From the NCBI GenBank assembly GCA_039801225.1, contig JBDRUH010000013.1:1-36094 (forward strand): DNA of 36,094 nucleotides. The letters are read 5' to 3'. Numbering within the stretch: the first letter of the stretch is position 1; each line of letters starts with the position of its first letter. The notes below the pieces were generated by a model. The model saw only the letters and a list, made by a program, of their open reading frames with translations, was not told where the DNA came from and did not search any database. This stretch comes from a candidate division WOR-3 bacterium (GTDB lineage: Bacteria; Hydrothermota; Tepidihabitantia; Tepidihabitantales; Tepidihabitantaceae). Positions 16,300 to 24,516 of the stretch are shown here, one piece after another. The position numbers and the translations under genes were made by a program.

Positions 16300-18525
16300 C
16301 TATGGTAAAAATGTCCGGAAGGTGCTTTTGCTGAAGCGGACATCAGGTAGTTTTTTGATACGCACCTCAAAGTCGTAGCGCCATTCTTTTCCTAAACCAG
16401 AGAGGTTGACAATTGCCTCCCAGCAGTGGAGGTCACGCCAGATACTTACCTGGTAGTCGGTTAGTTGTTTCTGAATGAAGTTGTAGCCTAATGAGGTTAA
16501 AGTTAGTTGCCAGCCGGGAAAATAAAGAGTTGCTGAAGAGGTGAGCATATTCTGGTTTTTGCCCCAGGTGTGATTGAGCCGAATTTCAACGCCTCTTTCT
16601 TGTCGCAGGGTATCGGTTAGAGTGTGGCTGAAGGAGAATGTGGTAATTGTTGCATAGTCCTGACCGAAGCGAAAAGAGTCGGGCTGGAAGGAGATTTTGC
16701 CGTCAACCCAGAGGTCTAACCGGTTCTTGACTCTGCCAGTGTCGGTTAAGGGGAGTACGGCTAAAGGGCGGGTGCTGAGGTTTAGAGCGATGGGGGTAAC
16801 TTTGTGGTTAATGGGGTTATAGGATGTGGCAAGGTTGACCGTGCCTAAGTCAATCTTTTGTTTACTTGCCCCGACTTTTGCCTGAAATCCGTTGTTGACA
16901 GTGAAATAGATTGAGGCGTCTGCGGGTTTAAGGATATTTATTTTCCCGAATAACCCTTGGGGTGTTATCTCCGGTTCGTAGTTTAATCCGATGGTTGGGG
17001 TGATGGTATGAAGTAAGCCGTGAAGGTTAGGAGTGGAGAAGCCAAATACTCTATATAGGGAGAAGGAACTGTTCAGGTTTAAGTTTAGTTGGGGCTGAAG
17101 CGGTAAAGTGTCGGTAAGGATGTCCGTCTGGGTAAAGGTGATACCTTCGCTGGTGTTAAAGATGCCGAAAAGTTTTTGTGAGGTACCAAGGTTAAAGTCG
17201 TGGGAGATGCTTCTTGACAGTCGGAGTGGTTGTCCCCGATAGCGAATGCGAGACTCGGCGAATCTGATGTTTTCGTCAATATTCAACCGACCAAAGGAAT
17301 AGTCCGGGCTGGTGAGACTATAGGAGAGGGTAGGGATGAGGCGATGGCTTGATAAAGTATCAATGCCCAGAGAGTCAGCCTGTTCCAAGCGTCGGGAAAA
17401 GCCGATATTGGGGGAGATGTTCCAGTTACCGGGCAGGGTGCGGGTGGCAAATGAGAAAGATGCAAGAGGTAGAGCGGTATAATGGTAGTGGCGCATATAA
17501 TATATATGGCGTTCTGCCCTCAATGAGGCTTTCCCAATTTTTTTAAAACGATGGCTGAGTGCTCCGTAAGAGTACACCTCCTGCTTGAGCCAATCCAGTC
17601 GGTCTTCGGCATATTCCGGTGCATAGGCGGTGTCGGATAAGAGTTCTGCCTGAAGGTCCAAATCGGTTAACGGTGAGAGTTTGCTGGTATTGGCAAAGTT
17701 GAAACTGTAACGGGTGGTTTTCGGTGCGGCTGGATTCCAGGTCTCTCTAATATAGGCACCTTGAAATGAACCCTTAGAGTATGGCTCTACTATATAAACC
17801 GCCTCGGTGCGTAACTGGACGCCGCGCCGGGTCATAATGTCTAAAAAGAAGGTGGCGTCAGCATAGTCGTTAATTACCCAGTAGTAAGAGATTCCCTTGG
17901 CATAATAACCTTGGTCATTGGAATTCCCGACTTTGAAGGGCATCAGTCCGGATTTGCGTTTTGATGCTACTGGAACCAGCCAGAATGGTGCGGCAAGAAC
18001 CGGAATCCTCCAGATGCGTAAGACAACCGGTTGGGTTACGGCAATGTCGTCCATAAAAAGTTTCACCCGGGGACCGAAAAATGTGTAATGGGGATGGGCA
18101 AGGTCGCAGGTGGTATAATCGGCGGAGCGGGCATTGAGGACCCTTTCTTTAACCAGCCATACCTCTTTGGCATAAAGATAACCGTTTTCCACTTCACTTC
18201 GGGCATTTTTCATCATACCTTTTCTGGTGTCAACATTGTAGTGGAGTTCGGTGCCGGTGACCTCTTCGGTGGCGGTGGAAAAGAGGACATTGCCATAGGC
18301 GCTTAGTAGGTGATTCTTTATTGAGTAGTTTATTGAGTCAGAATGAACCGACATATCCCGATAGCGGACCCAGGCGGAGTCAAGTAAAACTACCTGGTCT
18401 TCCCGGGCAAGAAAGATTGCCCGGCGGGCACCATAGAAAACCACATCTTGAGTTACTGAATCGGCTGGTGCCTCTTCAGGTGTTGGTGATGAAACCTGAA
18501 AAAAGAGGAAGAAAAGCAAAAGCAT
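16300..18525 (-). CDS. lptD: Putative LPS-assembly protein LptD
   Basis: N-terminal OstA-like segment, YTTCDLAHPHY, RKSGLMP, YYWVINDYAD and C-terminal RDLHCWE motifs; beta-rich. Confidence 0.85.
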   Translation of the reverse strand: MLLLFFLFFQVSSPTPEEAPADSVTQDVVFYGARRAIFLAREDQVVLLDSAWVRYRDMSVHSDSINYSIKNHLLSAYGNVLFSTATEEVTGTELHYNVDTRKGMMKNARSEVENGYLYAKEVWLVKERVLNARSADYTTCDLAHPHYTFFGPRVKLFMDDIAVTQPVVLRIWRIPVLAAPFWLVPVASKRKSGLMPFKVGNSNDQGYYAKGISYYWVINDYADATFFLDIMTRRGVQLRTEAVYIVEPYSKGSFQGAYIRETWNPAAPKTTRYSFNFANTSKLSPLTDLDLQAELLSDTAYAPEYAEDRLDWLKQEVYSYGALSHRFKKIGKASLRAERHIYYMRHYHYTALPLASFSFATRTLPGNWNISPNIGFSRRLEQADSLGIDTLSSHRLIPTLSYSLTSPDYSFGRLNIDENIRFAESRIRYRGQPLRLSRSISHDFNLGTSQKLFGIFNTSEGITFTQTDILTDTLPLQPQLNLNLNSSFSLYRVFGFSTPNLHGLLHTITPTIGLNYEPEITPQGLFGKINILKPADASIYFTVNNGFQAKVGASKQKIDLGTVNLATSYNPINHKVTPIALNLSTRPLAVLPLTDTGRVKNRLDLWVDGKISFQPDSFRFGQDYATITTFSFSHTLTDTLRQERGVEIRLNHTWGKNQNMLTSSATLYFPGWQLTLTSLGYNFIQKQLTDYQVSIWRDLHCWEAIVNLSGLGKEWRYDFEVRIKKLPDVRFSKSTFRTFLP

Positions 18526-18527
18526 AA

Positions 18528-18566
18528 TTAGAAGTTAGATGTTAGAAGTTAGATGTTAGATGTCAA
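18528..18566 (-). promoter_or_regulatory. lptD promoter built from heptamer tandem repeats
   Basis: Minus strand TTGACA TCTAACA TCTAACT TCTAACA TCTAACT TCTAATT ATG; TAACAT at 16-nt spacing lies within the repeats. Confidence 0.55.
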
Positions 18567-18891
18567 ATAACAAATCATACCAATGTAAGGGCAAACCTAA
18601 ACCCTTTAACGATAAAATAATGGAGTAGCGAAAGATAATCAACATATCTAAAAAACTCTTGGAATCGGAGAGTGTCACGACTACCAAGGCGAAGGACTGG
18701 CATATGCTTAAGGATCTTCTTGTCCAGAAGATGGTCCCGATTATTATCGATTCGCTTTCTTTGCTAAAAACTCAGAGATGGCGACTGTGTTCCGGTGGCT
18801 GCCAAAGATTTGTACTCAGAGATTATTTGTTGAGTTCGGTCTGAGGATCATTTTAATGATGATTAATCACCTTTCTCGGTGAACTTTCATA

Positions 18892-18934
18892 TAATAAAAA
18901 TAAGGGGAGAGCCAGATAAAGGCTCTCCCCTTAT
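18892..18934 (-). terminator. Intrinsic terminator of the 18949-20214 gene
   Basis: 14-bp stem ATAAGGGGAGAGCC/GGCTCTCCCCTTAT followed by a T-rich run on the minus strand, starting about 15 nt after the stop. Confidence 0.85.
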
Positions 18935-18948
18935 GGTTTTAGCAGTAT

Positions 18949-20214
18949 CTACCTGCTGATAATAACGCGGGCGACTGACCCCTGGGCACCTTCTGCCTTG
19001 ACTAAATAAACCCCGGCTGATAGTTTGCGTCCATTAGCATCAGTCCCGTTCCAAACCACCTCGTTGTTGGAGGCGGTCAGTTCATTGACCTTGTTGCCAG
19101 CACGGTCATAAATACTCACCCGGAAGTTTATCTCAATACATCTTTGCATCTTAATGCGGACACTCGCGGTGAACGGATTCGGGCTCACTGTCAAACGGGC
19201 AGGATTACCCAGATTCACTGCTTTGCCCTGTCCGCCCTCTTCTTCCTTCACCCAAAGCACCTTATGGTCACTCTCATAGTTGTTGTTGATGGCGTCCATC
19301 ACATTCTTCGCTTCTTCAAGGATTCCCTTATCTGTCTGTTGATTGTAATTATTGGCGCTATCCATTATCACTCCAACCAAGAAGCTTTCAAAAGGCTCTT
19401 CTGCAGTGTCCGGGTCATCATAATAAGCGCCTTCAAGGTCTGTTAGGTTCTTCGCATTACAGTAAAGGGCTAAAAATTGATGAAGGAATATGAGGTACAT
19501 ATCGCCTTTGGGTTCTGTTTTAAACAAATTTATTGCCGCAGCCACATTTTCAATATAATAACCGGCAAGAGTGATTGGGAACCAACTGCTATGGTCATTT
19601 TCATTAAGATGGGTTTTCCAGTAACCTTGGGTTTTTGTTTCACCGTCATAGGGGACAAGTTTCGGTTTCGGTTTTGGTTGAGTCAGGGTAAAATTGAAAT
19701 AACCATACCAGGCTCCTTTTGGTGGTTTGATAATTAACCCGCCATAGGCGGTTTCAGTTCTTTCGCCATCGTCATATTTTTGGTTATCATTTGCATCCAT
19801 ATATACCACACAGTGAGGCATCACATACACATCGTAGTCCCAGTCAATCAAGAATTTCATCCGCAGTTCTGAAAGCGGAATTTCAAAGGTGAACTCATTG
19901 GTATTAATCGGACCGGAATTATAAGGATATTTTCCGGGTGCGCCCCTTTGTTCAGGTGGTTGGGTTCCCAGCCAGAGATTACATTCGGTCATTCGCCATC
20001 CACCTTCTGTTTCATACTTTATCACCAGCGTTGTTTCACTGGTCGTATAATACAGATTTGCGCTGATTGTGCCGATATCAGTAAGATTACCTTTGGCTCC
20101 GTATATGAAAATATCACCCGTATAATAATGAAGGGAACTCGCACTTGTGGTTGTGCCCAGTGCCACCAAAAGGATTCCTGCTAGCAGAACTGACTTTAAT
20201 CCATCCTTTAGCAT
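18949..20214 (-). CDS. Secreted protein of unknown function with FlgD-Ig/T9SS-like CTD
   Basis: SD AAGGAGG; signal peptide; APGKYPY and TQGYWKTH segments; CTD SPNPF...IYDRAGNKV...WNGTD...GVYLV. Confidence 0.75.
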   Translation of the reverse strand: MLKDGLKSVLLAGILLVALGTTTSASSLHYYTGDIFIYGAKGNLTDIGTISANLYYTTSETTLVIKYETEGGWRMTECNLWLGTQPPEQRGAPGKYPYNSGPINTNEFTFEIPLSELRMKFLIDWDYDVYVMPHCVVYMDANDNQKYDDGERTETAYGGLIIKPPKGAWYGYFNFTLTQPKPKPKLVPYDGETKTQGYWKTHLNENDHSSWFPITLAGYYIENVAAAINLFKTEPKGDMYLIFLHQFLALYCNAKNLTDLEGAYYDDPDTAEEPFESFLVGVIMDSANNYNQQTDKGILEEAKNVMDAINNNYESDHKVLWVKEEEGGQGKAVNLGNPARLTVSPNPFTASVRIKMQRCIEINFRVSIYDRAGNKVNELTASNNEVVWNGTDANGRKLSAGVYLVKAEGAQGSVARVIISR

Positions 20215-20658
20215 TAAACCTCCTTTGTTTAACTTGAGAATTCTTTGCCCACAACTCCTTCTTTACGTGAGTCATGAGCAAAATTCTACATTACTACTGC
20301 CGCACCTGCATATAAAACTTTCCTTTCAGGTTGGTGCCACCTGAAGGAACTAATTTGCTATATTATAACTGTAAAATTTTAATAAATTGTTTGAGTAAAC
20401 GTTTTAATTGAGGGTTTGACTCCTTTATATTTCAGATGGGCAAAATGGATAAGTTCATTAATTTTAGAATCTTATATTAAGTATTGATTTTTTCTTCTTC
20501 CTTTATGGGGTAATATAAAAAGTGGGCAAAATAGCGGTAATGTATAAATATCTTGGGTAAAATAGGTGCTTTGGGAAAGGTTACTGAAAAGGCTCTTTAA
20601 AAAGAGGACTGAAGAACTATCTCTTTGGCTTTTAATCAAGAATTATAGAACTATAAAC

Positions 20659-21411
20659 CTACTGAGAACCAATTCTGTTAAGCGGGCAACCGGTGCAGAT
20701 AGGGATGGGGCGACAATGGGTTTTTGCCAGTTTCACAAAAAGGGCGTGGAATTCGTTGAAGAGCCGGACTACATTAATCCGCTTGCCGCTTTTTGTCATA
20801 CTGGTCTCAAGCCAGTTTCTTAACTGTTCATAGGGCTCATTACCGGTGATGAGTCCATAACGGGAGAGGATGCGACGGGTGTAGGCATCAACGACAAATA
20901 CCGGACGGTTAAAGGCGTAAAGGAGGATGGAATCAGCAGTTTCCGGTCCGACGCCGTAACAGTGAAGGAGTTCATTTCGTAATCTAATGGTGGGAAGGCG
21001 ACGGATTTTCTCTATTCCGCCGTAGCGAAGAAGCCATTGAAGGACACTAAGGAGCCTTTTTGTTTTAATGTTATAGTAACCGGCCGGACGGAGTAACCGG
21101 GCAAGTTGCTCAGGGGGATAGTTGATCAGGCGATTAAGGTTGAGAAGGTCATTCTCTTTAAGATTGGCGATGGCTTTCTCGACATTTTTCCAGGTGGTGT
21201 TCTGGGTCAGGACCGCGCCGATAATTATTTCCAGGGTTGTTTCGCCAGGCCACCAGTGCTGAGGACCAAAAGTTTGGTAGAGCGCCTGATAGATTTTATA
21301 GAGGGTTTTAATTAGAGTGTTTGGCGCCGAGAGCCGACTGCTGTTGGTTTCAGCGGCGGGAATGAAGCGGACAGTAGGTTGTTGGCTCTGTTCCTTTAAT
21401 GAATACCTCAT
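20659..21411 (-). CDS. Endonuclease III-like HhH-GPD protein (start uncertain)
   Basis: GPQHWWP, GAVLTQNT, RPAGYY, HhH GVGPETADSILLY, FVVDAYT, EFHAL, CRPIPICTGCPL. Confidence 0.88.
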   Translation of the reverse strand: MRYSLKEQSQQPTVRFIPAAETNSSRLSAPNTLIKTLYKIYQALYQTFGPQHWWPGETTLEIIIGAVLTQNTTWKNVEKAIANLKENDLLNLNRLINYPPEQLARLLRPAGYYNIKTKRLLSVLQWLLRYGGIEKIRRLPTIRLRNELLHCYGVGPETADSILLYAFNRPVFVVDAYTRRILSRYGLITGNEPYEQLRNWLETSMTKSGKRINVVRLFNEFHALFVKLAKTHCRPIPICTGCPLNRIGSQ

Positions 21412-23359
21412 AGCGGGTTCTCGGACATTGCCCTGTGGCAAGTTTTCCTGACTCTTCACAAATGGCGACAGTTACAATGTCGGGCGGCAACGGAAATGTG
21501 GCAGAAAAGGTATCAGGAACAACCTGTTTCATAAACTCGCCCCAGACCGGTGCCACCACACCACCACCAGTAGCACCACGAAAGATTGTTTTTTTCTGGT
21601 CATAACCAATCCAGATACCACAGGTAATGGTTGGGGTATAACCAATAAACCATACATCGGTGTAATCGTCGGTGGTGCCAGTTTTCCCTGCTGCCGGTTG
21701 TTGAAATCCTACCTGGCGAATGGCGGTGGCAGTTCCTTCATTAATGACGCTTTGCATCATACTGGTGAGGCAATAGGCGGTCTGGGGTCTAATTACCAGT
21801 TCTGACTCGGGTCGGGTTTCCTCTAATACTACCCCGCGTTCATCATCAATCCGAGTGATGAAAAATGGTTTAACCCTTACCCCTTGATTGGCAAGGGTGT
21901 TAAAGGCGTTGGTCATCTCAAGGAGCGTTACTTCAACTGAGCCGAGCGCCAGAGAGTAATATGGAGGGAGTTTCTGGTTGATTCCTAAGAGATTGGCATA
22001 GCGGGCAACCGCCTCCGGACCGATACGGGCGGCAAGACGAATAGTAACCAGATTGCGGGAGAGCGCCAGTGCCCGGCGCAGGGTCATTTTTCCCAAACAT
22101 TTACCGTCGTAGTTGTGGGGACGGTAATCGGGTTGCCCGGGAATTCTCAGGACAATGGGCTCGTCCTCCTCAATATCAGCGGCGGTTAACCCGTTGTCAA
22201 TCGCCGCAGTGAAAACAAAGGGTTTGAAGGTGCTGCCGGCTTGACGCCGCGCCTGGGTCGCCCGGTTAAACTCGCTGGCGCGAAAGTCCCTGCCGCCAAT
22301 CATCGCCCGAATTGCGCCGGTTTTCACATCAAGGACGACAAGCGCCGTTTGAAGATAAGAGGTTTCTTTAAGGTTGGTGTCCAGTTTGGCAATTGAGTCA
22401 AAGTATCTTTTGCTCGGTTTGAGACGATACTCCTGTTCAAGTTTGTCAAGATAAGGTAGCAAAATCCGGTTGGCAACCGATTGGATGTTCAAATCAAGGG
22501 TTGTATAGACAGTGGCGCCCGACTTATAAACAAAGTCGTAGCCATAACGATTGATGAGGTAACGCCTGACCTCTTCAACAAAGTAGGGTGCCTCATTGGT
22601 AACACCCTGAACCGGTTGCACACTCAGGGGCTGTTTTTGGAGTTCTGCCAACTTTTCCTTTGTTAACCTTTTCAGGTGGTAAAGTTTTGTGAGGAAATAG
22701 TTTCTCCGCCGGAGCAGTCTTTCCGGATGAGAGTAAGGCGAATAGGCGCTGGGATTGGCAATAATTGCGCCGAGGGTGGCACACTCCAATGGGTCAAGGC
22801 GTGAGATGTGTTTGCCAAAGTATTTTTCACTGGCAGCTGCGACGCCATAAGTTGAACCGCCAAACCACACCTGGTTGAGATACATTTCCAGAATTTCCTG
22901 TTTGGAATAGTGGCGCTCCAGTTCAATTGCCAGAACCATCTCTTTGAGTTTTCGGCTGAGATGTCGTTTCGGTGTGAGAAACATTGAGCGGGCGAGTTGC
23001 TGAGTAATTGTAGAAGCGCCCTGGAGGTTTTTGGGGTGCAGGATGTTGGCGATAATAGAACCCATTACCCGAATGAGGTCAATTCCCCAGTGGGAGAAGA
23101 ATCGTTTGTCCTCTACGGTTACTACTACTACGATAAGGTCCTGGGGGATTGTTTCTAACGGCACCGGGCGCCTCTTCTCCTGGAAGAGTTCTGAAATTAC
23201 TCTACCTTGGCAATCAAGGATTCTCGTGCTCGCCGGTGCCTTAAAATTGACGATTGTTTCCGGAGTGGGGAGGTCGGACCTGAGCCAGAAATAGCCACCA
23301 GTGGCAATTATGACACAGACAGCAATTAACAAGAGAAGGAGGAATAGAAACCGCTTCAC
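21350..23359 (-). CDS. mrcA: Class A penicillin-binding protein (PBP1A family)
   Basis: N-terminal TM; GT motifs EDKRFFSH, GASTITQQL, RKLKE; TP motifs STFK, SRN, KTG; GTG start. Confidence 0.92.
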   Translation of the reverse strand: MKRFLFLLLLLIAVCVIIATGGYFWLRSDLPTPETIVNFKAPASTRILDCQGRVISELFQEKRRPVPLETIPQDLIVVVVTVEDKRFFSHWGIDLIRVMGSIIANILHPKNLQGASTITQQLARSMFLTPKRHLSRKLKEMVLAIELERHYSKQEILEMYLNQVWFGGSTYGVAAASEKYFGKHISRLDPLECATLGAIIANPSAYSPYSHPERLLRRRNYFLTKLYHLKRLTKEKLAELQKQPLSVQPVQGVTNEAPYFVEEVRRYLINRYGYDFVYKSGATVYTTLDLNIQSVANRILLPYLDKLEQEYRLKPSKRYFDSIAKLDTNLKETSYLQTALVVLDVKTGAIRAMIGGRDFRASEFNRATQARRQAGSTFKPFVFTAAIDNGLTAADIEEDEPIVLRIPGQPDYRPHNYDGKCLGKMTLRRALALSRNLVTIRLAARIGPEAVARYANLLGINQKLPPYYSLALGSVEVTLLEMTNAFNTLANQGVRVKPFFITRIDDERGVVLEETRPESELVIRPQTAYCLTSMMQSVINEGTATAIRQVGFQQPAAGKTGTTDDYTDVWFIGYTPTITCGIWIGYDQKKTIFRGATGGGVVAPVWGEFMKQVVPDTFSATFPLPPDIVTVAICEESGKLATGQCPRTRYEVFIKGTEPTTYCPLHSRR

Positions 23360-23366
23360 ACAAAAT

Positions 23367-23408
23367 GGCTCTCGGCTGTCGGCTTTCGGCTGTTGGCTGT
23401 CAGCCGTT
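23367..23408. repeat. Six-unit heptamer tandem repeat filling an intergenic gap
   Basis: GGCTCTC GGCTGTC GGCTTTC GGCTGTT GGCTGTC AGCCGTT. Confidence 0.8.
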
Positions 23409-24493
23409 TAGGCATAACGGGCGATGACCTCCTGACTTACCACCAGCCGCAGCATATCTAACACCTCCCCTTCTTTAGATGCTCCAATCAGCCAGTGCTC
23501 TATCGGCGGCATTGTGCCGCCGTGAATACGCACTGATGAGTTGACCGTGTCCTCAAGGACATTATGTGCCTGAAGTTTAAGGAGGGTGGACTCATAATTG
23601 ATTTTGCTTGAGGTGGTGGCGAGCCAGGCGGTATGGTAAACCAGCCAGCGTAGCGCCTCAATGTTGCCCGCCATACTGGCGAGGCTGCGCCGGGTCTCCT
23701 GCCGGGAGGAAATTGGCTCGTTCATTGATTTCCAGTCCCGGACATACTGGGTGGTAGTTTCCAGGATTCGCCGACATACACCCAAGATGGCGGCGCTACG
23801 GGTGATGCGGGTAAGGGGAAACCATTTCTGTCCCAAGGTAAGTGCGGCGCCAGGTTTTCCTAAAATTCTGTCCTGGCCGATAATGCAATCATTTAAAATG
23901 AGCCTGATGTCCGAGTTTTCTTTCTCTGCCGAGAGCTGTGCCCCCGGGGCATCGCGTTCTAAGATAAAACAGGTGGGACCTTCCGGGGCAAGGGCAAAGA
24001 CCAGACAGAAGTCAAAATCTGGACGGGAAAGGAGTTTTACTCCGTTGACAATATAGCCCTGTCCTTCAGGTTGAGCGGTCGTTGCCATTTTATCCGCGGT
24101 AGTGAAGTGGACCGGCTCGCGAAATGCTAAAGAATAGCGTTTTGTGCCCTGAACAACCGGGAAGAGATAATTTTCTTTTTGGTGCTCGGTGCACTCGTAA
24201 AGAATCGGTGTCAGATCGCCCCACTCCACCGGGATTATTGTAAAGGAAATTTCTTCAGCAATGAGGCAGGTTTCAATCATTCCCAGTCCACCACCACCAA
24301 ACTCTTCGGGAACCCCAGCGCTGTAAAGCCCCATCTCCTTTAGTTTTTCCGTTGCACCCCGGGTAATTTCCTGTCGCTCCTCAATTGTTTTCGCCAGAAG
24401 GAATTTTGGCTCAAGGGGTAAAAGGTCGCGCCGGACAAACTCATGAACTGTTGAGCGGACCATTTCGGCATCTTCGGATAATGTAAAGTCCAT
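23408..24493 (-). CDS. Acyl-CoA dehydrogenase-family protein with degenerate motifs
   Basis: MDFTLSE, PEEFGGGG, AFREP, NGVK and IHGG landmarks; C-terminal consensus poorly conserved. Confidence 0.8.
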   Translation of the reverse strand: MDFTLSEDAEMVRSTVHEFVRRDLLPLEPKFLLAKTIEERQEITRGATEKLKEMGLYSAGVPEEFGGGGLGMIETCLIAEEISFTIIPVEWGDLTPILYECTEHQKENYLFPVVQGTKRYSLAFREPVHFTTADKMATTAQPEGQGYIVNGVKLLSRPDFDFCLVFALAPEGPTCFILERDAPGAQLSAEKENSDIRLILNDCIIGQDRILGKPGAALTLGQKWFPLTRITRSAAILGVCRRILETTTQYVRDWKSMNEPISSRQETRRSLASMAGNIEALRWLVYHTAWLATTSSKINYESTLLKLQAHNVLEDTVNSSVRIHGGTMPPIEHWLIGASKEGEVLDMLRLVVSQEVIARYA

Positions 24494-24516
24494 AAACCTT
24501 ATAACTCCATATCTTA

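Noticed and set aside
18620..18628. In-frame TAG as pyrrolysine or recoding
   Set aside because: TAG is used as a normal stop elsewhere in the window (e.g. 1817, 30571) and no pyl genes are seen.
18770..18823. ACTCAGAGAT direct repeat with a 34-nt gap as a mini-CRISPR
   Set aside because: Only 10 nt and two copies.
20215..20360. c-di-GMP riboswitch or sigma54 promoter
   Set aside because: GGGCAAA and TGGCAC occur, but the remaining riboswitch elements and the -12 TTGC are missing.
20566..20823. 85-aa plus-strand ORF and the many other short antisense ORFs in the track
   Set aside because: Shadow frames of well-supported genes, with no motifs or initiation signals.
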